The notes under the pieces were generated by a model that saw only the letters and a program-made list of their open reading frames with translations, made no database searches and was not told the DNA's origin. Source: Paramecium tetraurelia (taxonomy: Eukaryota). From it: 64,000 bases of DNA. Both the position numbers and the translations under genes were made by a program. Below, piece by piece: positions 13,625 through 26,522 of the stretch (within the stretch, counting starts at the first letter, position 1; each line of letters opens with the position of its first letter). Location: positions 186,001 to 250,000 of the forward strand of contig CT868596.1 in the NCBI GenBank assembly GCA_000165425.1, read 5' to 3'.

Positions 13625-15116
13625 TCAAACAATTCCAAATTATTCCTACCTCTTTGCGATTAATTGCAATTCCTTAAGAAATGTCATGTTTTGCATCGTG
13701 AGTTCATCATTCTATTATTCAATAATATCATTTTATTTTTCTATTTTCTCCTTGGCTAATCGATACTTCTCTTTGACTTACTCTAACTAAAATGTAATAT
13801 TTATTGATATGTAATACCTTGTCTGTATTCTATTTTAATTGATCCTTTAATGAATCTATTTGTTTCTAATAATCACTTTGACTCCTGTTTTACACTTTCT
13901 CCTTGTTATTTTAGTCTTATTCCAACTGTTTGATCAAAATCTTTAGTTTAGCATTTTCAGTTTCATATCTATTGCATTAATCTTTGAACTAGGTTAATTA
14001 AGTTTGATATTGAATGACCTAACATTTAAATTAGGATAGTTCTTATTCTAAGGTCTTGAACTTATTGTTAGTAAATTGCAACTCGTATGTTAATTTATCA
14101 TTTTTTCTTTTGTATTCATTTACTTATTCTTCTAATTGTGTAATTTGAGTATTTTATTACACATATTCTGGAATTTCACTAAATTAAGTGTTTGTTGACC
14201 TTTCAATTTTGTTAAAGTGTGAGAATTGCACTTTTTCTTCTAATTGTTTAGCCTTCTTGAATGCTTATTAGTATTTATTTTCTAAAACGGAATTTTGAAT
14301 TTTATAATTTTCAATTTCATTCTTCAATTTTTCAGTTTAGACTTGAAGTTAATTGTGTTAATGTGCCGATTCCTTGAATTTTGTAATTTCTTATTTTGAT
14401 GATTCATATTATTCTTCTAAATATTGGTTTTCATTTTTAAGTTGAATAATTTATTTTTTCAATTTATTGACTTCATCATTGTATGTTGATTTTTCATTTT
14501 GTAATTGGTTGAGTTGGTCTTGGAGTTAAGAGTTTTTAATTTTTTATTGATCAAGATCTTTGAGACTCTTTTCGTATAGCTCTTTGGTTAGTTGAACTTC
14601 GTAAGTGGATATTAATTGGGTTGAAGATTTCTTTTGACTAAGAATTTTATGATGAATGAGATTCTCCTTTTCGAAACCGAATGATTCTGCTAGAGTTTTT
14701 TGATGAAATGATTCACTGGCACGACTATCACTGAGGTCAGTTTCCCCAAGATTAACAACTTAATAGGTAAAGTGTATTTTTGCATTTGGGTCTGGACTTC
14801 GTTCTAGATTAAGTGCGCATTGTCCTTCGATGGGCATGGTTTCATTGATATTAAAATTGACAACTCCAGCTAGTTTGGATTGGCCATCAACATTCAGGAG
14901 AGCAATTAAGTGTGTCTTCTTTTAGGTGTTCTCACCAACGTTGAAATCAAGTGTGAGTACCTCATTAACAATGAAAATATTTCTGGTTTTTTCTTTGGTT
15001 CTAGTCAAACATTTGTTGAGCCCTCGTTTCCACATCACTTGTAAAGTACAGGGAAATTTAACAGAAAGCTCTACTTTGCTGATATTGAGAGTGACTTAAT
15101 AGCGGAAAGCCTTCAT
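13625..15116 (-). CDS. NT-type C2 domain (EEIG1/EHBP1-like) plus coiled-coil protein
   Basis: MKAFRYQVTLNISKVELSVKFPCTLQVMWKRG...KKTHLI...AGVVNFNI...LERSPDPNAKIHF, then a long coiled coil. Confidence 0.75.
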
Positions 15117-15143
15117 TTGAATTGAGAATCAGTTAATTAATTA
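15117..15143. promoter_or_regulatory. 27-nt head-to-head intergenic region (bidirectional promoter candidate)
   Basis: Divergent start codons at 15116(-) and 15144(+); palindrome TTAATTAATTAA at 15133-15144. Confidence 0.5.
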
Positions 15144-16015
15144 ATGAATCAATAGGGAAACATGTATGATTTTAAGATAGTGTTGGGAAGAGTGAAGGAG
15201 AAGAACATGAGTGTGAGATTAAATTACAGTTAGACGAAGAGTGAGGATTATGAGATGGTGATAAAATTGAAGGTGAAGAGCAACATTGATGTGAAAACTG
15301 CCGATAGTGAATTCAAGGAGAGGTGCAAGAGTACTTACACTATTCTGACATCGTTTGTGTAATAAAGAATCTAGACCAAGTTAGGAAGTAAATTCGAGAT
15401 TTTTTGAAGCCCACCTTTGCTCTCAGTTATCATGTAGATGAACAATATGCATACATCACTTTTAAATATGCTAATTAAGTGGAGCAGTAGGAGTTTATGG
15501 AGATCTGTTAATTCATTCGAGAGACAATGGAGAAGTCATAAGAAAGGGAAGAGGTGGAATTATAGATTGAAAGTGATTTGTCATTTGAGAAATTGGGTTA
15601 AAGTATTTCGAATGCTGTTTATCAAATGAATTTGGAAGTGCAAGGTAAGGCTGAATTTCAAAAGGACACTGTGAAGTTGTTGGAAAACCTCAAGATGTGT
15701 AAACAAGAGAATTTGCCTTACTTTTTGTAAGAGAAATATTTGAGTCAAATTTTAATATATCTTTAATTATTAGAGAAGGCTCATGCAGAGGTTGAAATCG
15801 ATAAGTTGGAATACGATTTGGGATTTGCTCAACCCAGTATTGAATTGCCATTCAAATTTGCGATCTATGGGAAGTTATAAAGGTTTGCTGAGGAGTATTT
15901 GGATTAGGGAATCGAATTGGCAATTAAGGGGCCTGGTTTGAGTGCGGAGATAGATTTCACTTATAAGGGGAGCTTGTTCACATTGATTGACAATATTTTA
16001 ATTATTAAGTAATGA
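15144..16015 (+). CDS. Hypothetical protein (about 280 aa)
   Basis: Continuous frame when the 26-nt intron gtaataaagaatctagaccaagttag is removed; ends ILIIKQ-TGA; ATG at 15162 is an alternative start. Confidence 0.65.
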
Positions 16016-16046
16016 AATGCAACACAATATTTTAATTATAAAGAAA

Positions 16047-17342
16047 ATGAATGTTTTCGAACAATCATTAAAATAAATATAGGAATTAAATTTCAAGGGT
16101 CAATACAGAAAAGCATATGAATAACTCAAGCAATTAGGGAAGGATCTGGAGACTTATGATGCCACTTTTGGAGTGTTCTCAAAAACGATCATGCAACATA
16201 GAATTATTGGCTGCCTTCTATACTGAGTATGGGAGTGTGGCATTGAAATTGAGTTTATTGGATATCTCTAAGGAGTGTGTGCAATGTGCATTTTATCATT
16301 TGAAAGACTTTGCGAATCTGAACCTATTTATCTTGAATATCCTCACATATTAGAGAATCAAATTCTGGCTTTGTAGGTAGGACAATTGTCTCTTATATAG
16401 ATCAGATATCTAGACTCCATTCATTTGTTAAAGAGACTCTTGAATGTCGTGCCTAATTCTCTCATTCATTACAAAATTGAGATCTTCATCAATATTGCAA
16501 ATTCCCAAAGAGCTTGGTGTAATTATGAGGATGCTGAAAGTTCCATCAACCAAGCTGAACAACTGGCCAATCTACTCAGTCCATCTCATTACAATGATTT
16601 ACTCAAAACCAACATTCTATTTCTTAAGGCTCGACTGTACATGGACACAGATAGAAGCAAACATGGACTGGATTTTGCATTGGAGTACGTAAATCAAATG
16701 TTAATTAGTTGTCAGTTGTTTGCAGCAAAGAGAGATGTTATTGCCATGTGATCATCCTGACATTGCTATAGCTATGGAACTTGTTGCCAAAATCAATTTT
16801 ATTTAGAATATAGTGCAGGAAGCATAAAAGTATCATGATTAGGCCTATAAGTTGAAGATCAAGGCTTTTGGCTTGCACAACTTTGAGACCATAGATTCAA
16901 TCAATGAAAAGGGACGTCTCTTGCTCTCCTACAAAAAGGTACCCTCATCTTAATTAAGCAGGAATAACATGCCATGTATTACTTCTAATTGATCGGAGAC
17001 ATCAGTTAAGTACTGTTGGGTCCTTGCAATCAATACCAAGCACTCTCTTACAACAATCTAGGATGTGCTTTGTTCAATATTGGCAAATATGATTCTTCTA
17101 TACAATAACACTCGAAGGCTCTTTGCATCTATGAGAAGTTGTGCGGTCAAGAACATGCTAAATTAGTATTCTCCTTAAACTAAATGGCTAATGCCAATAA
17201 GTTGCTTAACAGACCAAAAGCAGCTTTCACAATTTGGAGACGTTGCCAAACGATCTTGGAGAAAAATCCTTAAGTAAATTCCAAATAGTTATCTGCCATA
17301 AAGTCTAGTTTATAAGGATTGTCTATACAAGAAGAAGATTGA
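16047..17342 (+). CDS. TPR-repeat protein; 5' exon junction unresolved
   Basis: LLPCDHPDIAIAMELVA, ALSYNNLGCALFNIGKYDSSIQQHSKALCIYEKLCGQEH; tiny introns; one frame break near 16170-16201. Confidence 0.75.
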
Positions 17343-17372
17343 TTATTATATATAATATTTAATTAAATTTTC

Positions 17373-20300
17373 ATGTAAAAATCAGGATAGCCTTACATTG
17401 AAAATTCATTAACCAAGAGAGACGCTCCATTTTAATATGAACCACAATCAAAATTCACTCCATTACAATTAATACCTCCCATAAATGACAATTTTAGACA
17501 TTTAAAAGGGTTGAAAGCATCGAGATCATAGAATAACAGTAAAGTCAAAATCAAGAAGGTTAAACAGAAATTTCCCTCTTTAATGGAATTCGACGAAATG
17601 CAGACTTAAGATGATGAACTTGAATTTAATGCGTACAATGTAAAACCCTTTGATTCAGTAGCTCCTCAAACCTTCAGGAATATCTATAAGAAAATAGATA
17701 CTATTCTACAGAAGAAGACTCTGTATCAGAACTAAAAAATGTCTCTTTTTAGCAGTGTAGCAGAATCCTCGAAATCAGAAGTAAAGCATTGATTTTTAAG
17801 CATTTAATAGAAACTAATGCCGAGAACTCTTGGATTGATTCGTACGAATACAAACAACAACAAAGTACTTGATGCATCCAACTTTTGTATGGGAGACAAG
17901 TACGCCAAAGTGTTGTGTTCAGGAGTGAAACTGACTCTGGATTATTATGAATAAGTGAACCTGAAAAACAACAATCTGACTAGCAGGTCGAGTGAGTGTC
18001 TGAATTAGTTGATACCTACGAAGTTAAAGGGTCTCAATTTGTAAGGGAATAGTTTGGGTCAAGGAGGACACGAATTTGTAAAGGCTCTAAACACAAGATA
18101 TGGTCAATTGCAGTATCTAAATTTGGAGAACAACAAGTTCAATGATGATGGCTGCCGATAACTATTCAAGATGTTATAAGAGAACACTATCATGTAGAAA
18201 CTCAATCTCTCTCATAATCTAATTACTGATAAGTCTATGCCAGAATTCAATGTGTTATTGTAAAAGAATGCTACTCTCAGTGAGATCTATTTACATTGGA
18301 ATCGAATCCATCAAATCGGAGGTATATTATTATAAATAATGATTGAGGCTAGTATATTATAGCAGCACTTTTCATAAATTACAATGTCAAAGTATTAGAT
18401 TTATCATTCAATTCTCTTGGTATCAGATATAAAGATGATGCTCAATCTCCATAAAAGAATAAGCTACCCTATTAAACTTGGCCAGATTACTTCTCTTCCA
18501 AGAATTGTAATCTTATGCATTTAGATCTCTCCAATAATCAATTTAATCAATCCCAATCTGAAGCCATTGCAAAATCACTTGAAGACAACCATACGATATA
18601 TGGATTCCACTTTTCAGGCAATATTCATAGTTCAATTGACCATCTAGGATTTCTAAATATCACCAAATAAACAATTGAATAAAAGGATGTCATCTTGAAG
18701 AAAAATGAAGAATATCAATCAGAAATTATTGGAGCACTTCAAATACCTAGAATAGATGGATTAAAATAGATATAGAGACAATCTTAATTCTATAATGAAG
18801 TGTGTTGGATATGTGATGGATGGGTTGAGTGTACATTCCTCTGGTAACCTAATCATTTGGACATCAAAAGAGAACCATTATTCATCCATTTGAGTCATGA
18901 ACGATATGCTCCAATCAAAATGGAACTCATGGATGATGAATAAAGAGAAAGATCCCCAATGTCTCGAAAATCTAATTCTTACAAAATATGGTACGTATAA
19001 AGAATGGTACCATCAAAATAGCCAATTCGATTCTTCTTTTCAAGTCCTTTATTAAAATAAGCTCAAGTGAGCAGTTAATATGACATTGTTGATTGGCCCA
19101 AAGCTGAATAAAACAAGAAAGTGTTGTTCTATATGATTAATGAGAAACACTTAACATTTCGAAGACCCAGATAATGCAATTAGATAATGTTGCCATCCAA
19201 ACAATAATTTGATGAATTACATTATGAGCCTAGTGTCCATTGCAAGCCAAGAATAAAGGACTATGGTGGAATATTGGATCTTATTATTGATGATACAGTC
19301 GATGAGAATATTGATTAGACTGACAATTTCTTTAAAGAGTGTCATAGGGATTCAGATTAAGAATTCTCAGATTGTTTTGAATGGGATTGGAATAACTCAC
19401 AATTAACCAAACTAATTAAAGAGTAAGATCAACTTATTTAAGTTAAATAGTATTTACATAGAATATATCGAGATTTGGTGTCTGCTTATAGACATTATAG
19501 TGCCTATTCACCAAGTGGTGATATTTGGAGTATTTCCTTAAATGTCTTCACTGATATTTTTTAGTCTTCTTTCGTTGACAATAAGTCATACCTCTTGAAA
19601 GATTTGGATATATCATTTAGATAGACTACATCCAAATACATCAACCAAACTAGAACATCCACTTCTCACGCATTATTAAGACATCAATTTATTGAAATTT
19701 TAGTTAGAATGTCTATGGACAAATATTGCAAACAACCCCTTTTGATGACTCCAATTGAAGCCTTGTAGAAGGTTTACGAAGTAGATGGATTACAGAAGAA
19801 AATCGAGAGTGTTCAAGAATCTCAGACTTGGCGAGATGTGTACTATTGGAGTATGGAATGCAACAGAGTGATCTCAAACAATTCATCGGTTCTCAGGTAG
19901 TTGTATCAAGAATGTGTATAGATGAGATCATTAAACTATTTCACCAATAAGACTTTTGCATCTCCTCAATCCTTTAAAGAATTATTCAATAGAGCTGGAC
20001 TGATTAATGATGTCAATGCAGAGAGAAATGTATTGATTGCATTTGCATTAAGTGTGCCCCTCGTACTAGATGAAATCAATTAAGATAGATAGATTTAGAT
20101 GAGTTTCTAAGAATTTGTTGAAGCATTGGCTCGAGTGGCTGAAAAATATGGGTAGAACAAATCAGTGATCAGCTCAGAATAATTGGCATTGAAATTATAA
20201 CACATCATAGGATAATTACAGGAGTATTACCAGATTGTAGACGAGAACAAAGTATGCTCCATATTTATATCACTTAGATAATCATTCCATAGATGAGACA

Positions 20301-20412
20301 ATCCAAGAAGTAAACCAACTTCCTCCAAGAAAATGTTACTAAATTATTGTATGAGATAGATGGATCACCCGTCAATGCCCCATAAATCTATGAATTTGAT
20401 TTTGTAGAATGA
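17373..20412 (+). CDS. Large leucine-rich-repeat (RI-like) protein
   Basis: LNLENNKFNDDG, LNLSHNLITDKS, IYLHWNRIHQIGG, LDLSFNSLG, LDLSNNQF, IYGFHFSGN, CWICDGW; tiny introns. Confidence 0.85.
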
Positions 20413-20446
20413 TTAAAACATAATATATTTAGTCAATTAATCTAAA

Positions 20447-20890
20447 TCATATATTGTACTAATCATCCCTGTCTTACTTTCTTTTTATAATTAATATAAG
20501 CATAGGCTTTGGAATTTCGAAATCTTATTCTATTAAAGTGTTAGATGTATTTCCCAAAACCTATTTTGTTTCTGCATAATTACAATATCTAAATTCATTG
20601 GATCAAAAAACAGATTGAAAGGCTCATTCAATTAGGTTTCTTCCTTAATTTATTGGTTCTTAATTTCAGGATCTCTTTTCTTGTTAAAAGTTGTGAACCC
20701 AAAATCCTTAAGATTTATTAGCAATTTTTGCTTTCTTAGACTACTTTTGGCTTTTAAATCATGCTCAGTTAGCTTAGTAATTGTTGCATTATTGCAACTT
20801 GATATTTGTTTCTATCTCCAATCATCCCAATTATTGAATGGATGTGTTCATTCATGCGAATTGGAACTAGTGTTTATATCTATGAATCAA
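20447..20890 (-). pseudogene. Probable decayed gene fragment
   Basis: About 130-codon frame (THPFNNWDDWRQKQ...LINLKDFGFTTFNKKRDP...) preceded directly by an in-frame TGA, with no clean start codon at its 5' end. Confidence 0.3.
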
Positions 20891-20946
20891 GTATTTTTGA
20901 TTAATCACAAATTATATATATATTTATTTATCATTCCTTCAACTAA

Positions 20947-21863
20947 TCACATTTTTGTCTATAAATGCTTTCTGCCTTCTGACCTAGATCTGGTTTGATA
21001 GTTGAAACCTTCTAGCTGAAAGACTGCCAAGATGATTATTTCTCTTGAGCATATTTAGTAATTTTAGACAACTTAAATGTTTGTTTCATTGCCTTGATTT
21101 TCTTCTTTTTTGCTTATCTCTATTATTCATTATCAGTAGGCAGATATTTTAAATTTTCAGGTACCTAAAATTCATCCATTTCTTCAAAATTCATTTTTTT
21201 AGAATCATTCAACTACTTCTTAGCTTCCCTTAAATAAATCAAAGGCACAATTTCTCTATTTGAATTTTTCTTAAATCTTATGTGATACCCTTCTTCTGTT
21301 ACTTTTTCAATTGTTCCCAAATAATAACGCCCGTCTGAAGAGTATATTGCTTCACATTATTATCCCACTGTAAATAATTTACTATCCGGAATAGGTTGAA
21401 CTTTAATAAAAATGGCATGCATTTTCACGACTTCCTAATACCCAATAAATTGGATGTCTGCTTCTTATTCTTCAGTATCAATTTAAATAAGCTTTGCATT
21501 ATACCATTTCCTATCCTATTCATGGTATGCCTTAGCCAATTTATCAATATCCTCACCATTGAGTCTATTAACACTAAATAAATTGTCCTGTGTTTTCTAT
21601 AAAGATGCGATTTCCTTCTCTTGTGCTTCCTTAGCTAATACCAATTCATCCTTGATATTTTTTAATTCTGCTATTGTTGAACTCTCTTCCTCATGAGATA
21701 GCAATAGATTCACTTTAAACATATGGTTTTTCAGCATAATCAAAGTTTTATATCCTTCAATCACCTTACTCTAATCCAATTGTTGTACAGGAGGCTGGTA
21801 ATTCTCTGGTGGGTCATAATAATCAAATGAGTCTATCTTTTATTTTTTATAGGGTTCAGACAT
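20947..21863 (-). CDS. SPF30/SMNDC1-like tandem Tudor protein
   Basis: N-terminal helical region, Tudor motifs AKAYHEQDRKWYNAKL and CEAIYSSDGRYYLGTI, VPENLKYLPTD..KKKKIKAMK and EKQSSWQSF. Confidence 0.7.
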
Positions 21864-22142
21864 TTATTAAATTATATAATACATCCAAAATGATAAATTA
21901 ACTTATTTCAAACAAAATTGACTTAATCCAAAAACAATAGCATTTTAAGTGAATTACTTATTAAATAAGCAAGACATCGTCTTTGTTATGATGTATAAAG
22001 TATTACAGAATAAATAGGAAAATTTACTGAGAAATTATTATTTAAGAGAATTTGCTTATGAAACTAAAGCAAAATAAGGATTAATATATGAATATAAGTG
22101 ATTTATCCTTTATATATATATTTTTCATTATTCAAAACCGTT

Positions 22143-24527
22143 TCAGCTATTATTAATGCGTTGCTTCTTTTTATATCCCCTGGTAAAGCTGTTATTTAAA
22201 TTCTAGGCTTAAGTATTACTGTTTTAATTGGAATCTAATGTAAATAGATCTAAATTTAATGATTATATCTTACTTTAGTCTTATTTCTTGTTAGGATCTT
22301 GGAAAAAGGAAAGTACATCCTATTTAGTATAGATATGATTGATTGGATTTTCTTCTTAACAACAGTTTGGGTTGGAGTTGACCATAGAGGAATTTGATTA
22401 GAATAGATTAATGCTTGATATTTGAAATGAAGATTACTGCATTTATGGATAAGGAGTCTATTACGAAATAGGTGACTAGTAACCAACCCATGGAATACTT
22501 GGTTGAGATTACTAAAAGGTAGCAGGTTGGCAGTAAAATTTCTAATCAAAAGGCGGTGAATAGTAGATTTAATATGGTTGTTGATAAATATTTTGTTAGA
22601 TTAAATTAGATTAATCTGGTAATAGAATTTGATCTATGATTTCCATTTTATTATAATTCTAGCATTAATCGTTCTTTTAAGCATAATACTATTAGGCAAA
22701 TAGATTATCATTTTACACTTATAAATCTTAATTTTCTACAAGTACATTAAAATCGAAAAGCTAATTATTGGTTTGCATTTTAAATAAATCTCTCTGATTT
22801 TGATCTTTAGTAATTTACTGTTAGTTTAAATGATTTTAAGAATTTCCTGTTAACAGAGCTTACTAAAAATATTAACTGAATTAGTCTTAGCTAATATTAG
22901 AAATAGTTTCTAAAAATGGGTTGTTTTCTTTTAAAATCTAATTAGACTTCATATTCATTTCTTTTGGTTTATCATTTTCTTGTATAATATTGGAGTTAAT
23001 TATTGTGCTTTCACAATTCATAGACAATAAGGTATTTTAAGATTATGGACTATCAAGTTTATCATCTATGAACTTCAATTCCTTCTAAAAAATTGATTCA
23101 CTTTGTAGTTATTATTATTAAATTTAGTTTTTGTTTTACTCTTTTACAATTTGTTCTTAATCTTACTTCTAAGATGGATTAGATAGGAACACATTTTGAG
23201 TGCTATGATTATCGCAAGAATTCTCTTATGATGTAATGAATGATTTAGTTTAACATTTCTATTCATCTTATTGAAATTGGACTTCAGATTACAGTATTTA
23301 ATTCTAGTTTTTGTTTTGAGTTTAGGGATTACATTAGATTGAGAGACTTATAATTTCGGATTATAATCTCAAATTTCTTTATTTCTTAATTTACTTTGAT
23401 GATTCTAAAATGTCATTAGATAATTAATTTTTATCTAAAATTTGATTATTTTTAAGTTCTTCTGGAGTTTTATTTTGTTCTAAATCTTAATTTGAATTGA
23501 CATTTCCTTTTTGGGCAAAATCAGGATGAAAAATAGAATATAGCTTATTTTAAATTTCAAGAGAATTATCATTAGAGTATTTATCCTCTGAAATTGAGGA
23601 ATCAGTTTCTTAAGAAAAGGAAATATGTTCCATATTGAATATGGCCTCTTAAGTTTCTCCCTTTGTATTAGTGCCAGTAGAACTTGAAAAATATTAATTT
23701 TCTTAAATAAATTATTTGAAGTTAACGATGTTGCAAGAATGTCTATTTTGAGTTTCAGAAATCCTATTTTTTTAATCACTCAATTATTGACAACCAATTT
23801 GTTAATTTTATTTAATGATTGCAATAGATTAAATTTCAAATTAATTTATTTGAGACATTTATCCATTAGACTATTCCTCTTTCTAAGAAGGACTTGCAAT
23901 TTCGATGGTGTTGTCTGAGCACTTAATTTTTTTAATTGAATGATTGGACAGGAAACCTGATGAATTTTCTTATTTCAATTCATCATTTAAATTCAAGGAT
24001 TTTTTATTAAATAAAAAGTCTCTTTTTTATGAGTTGCCTATTGAAAATAGAAACAAAAATTTACCTTCCATTTTTCTTGATTTTTGATTTTTAGCATGAT
24101 TTTTTTTAAACATCATTTGCTGCTTGGATTCTGGAAGCTGGGGTTCCTAATCTTTTTATTAGATCTATTAATTGATAATGGCTTCGTCAGATATTTAATT
24201 TTGATTTTGGTCAAGTTCCTTGAGATATTAATCAAAGGGATATAAGGACTTGCGTTTTAAAGTGGGCATATACTCCTTGTTAGGTATAATGTGATCTACA
24301 ATTACAAGATTATTTTTAAATTAGTAGGATAGTTCTTTATCTAAATTTTGATCATTATAGCATTGTATCCGTTAAATTGAACTTGCTGGCTTGATGGAGG
24401 GCTGGAACAGATCTTAAATCCTATTTTTTATCTTTGTTATTATGCCTGGCTTTGAGTTTTTGGAAGAACCAAAAGGACTAAAAGGAGATTGAGTAGATAG
24501 CTTATTCTCGAACAGAATTTTATGCAT
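22143..24527 (-). CDS. Low-complexity Q/S/N-rich protein, probably largely disordered
   Basis: MHKILFENKLSTQSPFSPFGSSK; long frame in ciliate code with an intron near 24040-24064; ends SFTRGYKKKQRINNS-TGA. Confidence 0.7.
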
Positions 24528-24622
24528 AATTTAATTAATATAATATTTAGATAATCTAGATGACAAATAATAATATGTTTTAAGAGAACTAATTGAATGA
24601 TACCAAAATAATTAAAACTAAA

Positions 24623-25405
24623 TCACAATTTAATATCCCACTTCTTTCGCCCATTCAAATCCCTATTCTAAACCTTAATTATACACTTACTTAGAATAGA
24701 ATTTCATCCATATGAGATCTCTTTGAAGTATTGCATTTTATCCCAGTTTTACACTAATTGGGCAATCCATTGCCAGTTATTGGATTTCTCTGTATTTGCT
24801 TACTAATTAGGTTGTAGATCTCATTTTCCTTATTGGAATAATCGAACATTCTGTTGGCAGCTTCGTTTTCTTTCATTCTGGTTAAGGAAATGGAGACTTA
24901 GGGTCTCTTATAAAATCCAGATTAACTAGTTTTCTTATGAAAATTATTAAACGAACAATCTCTTTCGACATGTGGAGGCTTAATAAAATCTACCGAATGA
25001 CTTAATAGGTCTCTTTTGCTTTGATTTCTGGTTGGGGAAGGCCTTCTTCTATATCTAAGATTCAATTATTTAAATTCTTACTTATAAATATCGTCTCTCT
25101 TTGGTAACATATCTTAAAGAGATGATTCGTATTTGCACTAATTGATTCTTATTTAACTCTTATTTTGCTTAGCCAAACCCAATTCAGCACTCGTAGCCTA
25201 TTAACCAATCATTCTCTAGTATTACATTTTTATTGATACGGCTTCTTTCAGGTGGTTTGATGTATAATTAGCATTAATTAAGTTTAAATTATGCGGAAGC
25301 TTAAGAAAAATGCCCTTAAGGGAAATGCTTTTTGGATAATATGTTTTTCATCTCAACGAACTTTTTATTATTATTTTTGCTTATATAATAAGTGAGTTGT
25401 TTCAT
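24623..25405 (-). CDS. Hypothetical basic protein
   Basis: MKQLTYYISK; two introns (28 and 23 nt) give a continuous frame containing RNPITGNG and ending GRKKWDIKL-TGA. Confidence 0.65.
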
Positions 25406-25439
25406 ATGAATTAAATTGACAATTATTAAAATTTATTTG

Positions 25440-26422
25440 ATGTTACCTAGGATATCTTAGAGTCAACAACTTCATTCACTTCATTATTCTGAGGAAGTAA
25501 CATTAAACGAAGTGAAAAGAAGGAAAAAAGAATTAGAATTGTAGGCATAAAGTGTGGAGAATCGAATAAGGTAACTTCGAAATGAAGAAGGCAAATTAAT
25601 CAAAAGAATTAAATAAACAGAATAATTGACATCTGAAGTTTATCAATAAAAAGTAGCAGCTCATCTGAAAGTAATAAAATAAGCAATATTCGTTTTAGAA
25701 GCAATAAAAATTACAATAAAATGCACTTTATTATAGAAATTCATAGAATGATTCCAAAGATCTAATAGATTAGTCCATTGGAAATGATCGATATAGAGAA
25801 CTCTACATAAAAACAACCATAGAACGAAATTAATTGAAAAAAGTCAAATAAGAATTCAGATAATATAAACATGATGAAGCATAAAATTACAGGAAGTTAT
25901 TATAATATGAACAGTTTAAATTTATTGAGGAACAAAGAAAGTGGCAAGAAAATTAGAAGTTAAAAGCAGCTTTAAGGAAGCAAGAGTAAAACTTATCAGA
26001 AATTCTAATACGAGAGAAATTAAATGAAAAAAAAATCAAAATAAAATAGGAACAGGATTAATTAAAAGTCAAAACAATTCAAGAAAATGAAGAAAAAGAA
26101 AAACATATCAAATAATTAGAGATTTAGGAATTGCATATTGTGCAAAAGCTATAGGCAACGTAATAAAGGGAGAAGGATGTTAAAGGAAAATTGATTGCTG
26201 CCACTAGACTATAGCCAGAGCAATTTGCTAAAACGTTTCACTCCGTTAACAACACATCATTAATTGCAGAACAATCTAACATATAAAATAATAATGTATA
26301 GATTTAATTTATATAAGAAATAAGATGGTTATTAATAAGAGAATTAATAAACTCAAAGTAACAATGAACAAAAAGAAGAATAACATAACGAAGGCCAGTA
26401 AGGTACATAAACTGAAGAGTGA
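25440..26422 (+). CDS. Coiled-coil protein
   Basis: MLPRISQ...ELELQAQSVENRIRQLRNEEGKLIKRIK; tiny introns; TGA 26420-26422. Confidence 0.75.
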
Positions 26423-26522
26423 ATACATCAATTTGATATTATATATAAATTAAAGATAAATTTACCATTTTATTAATATCGTTTATAATTGAGCAAATCA
26501 ATATTAATCAAGCTTAATTAAT

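Noticed and set aside
16135..16220. Retained IES as an explanation of the TPR frame break
   Set aside because: The TA pairs that restore frame (64 bp) have non-consensus ends and relatively GC-rich, coding-like content.
22143..24527. Nucleoporin (Nup153-like) identity for the low-complexity protein
   Set aside because: No FG-repeat array or zinc fingers seen.
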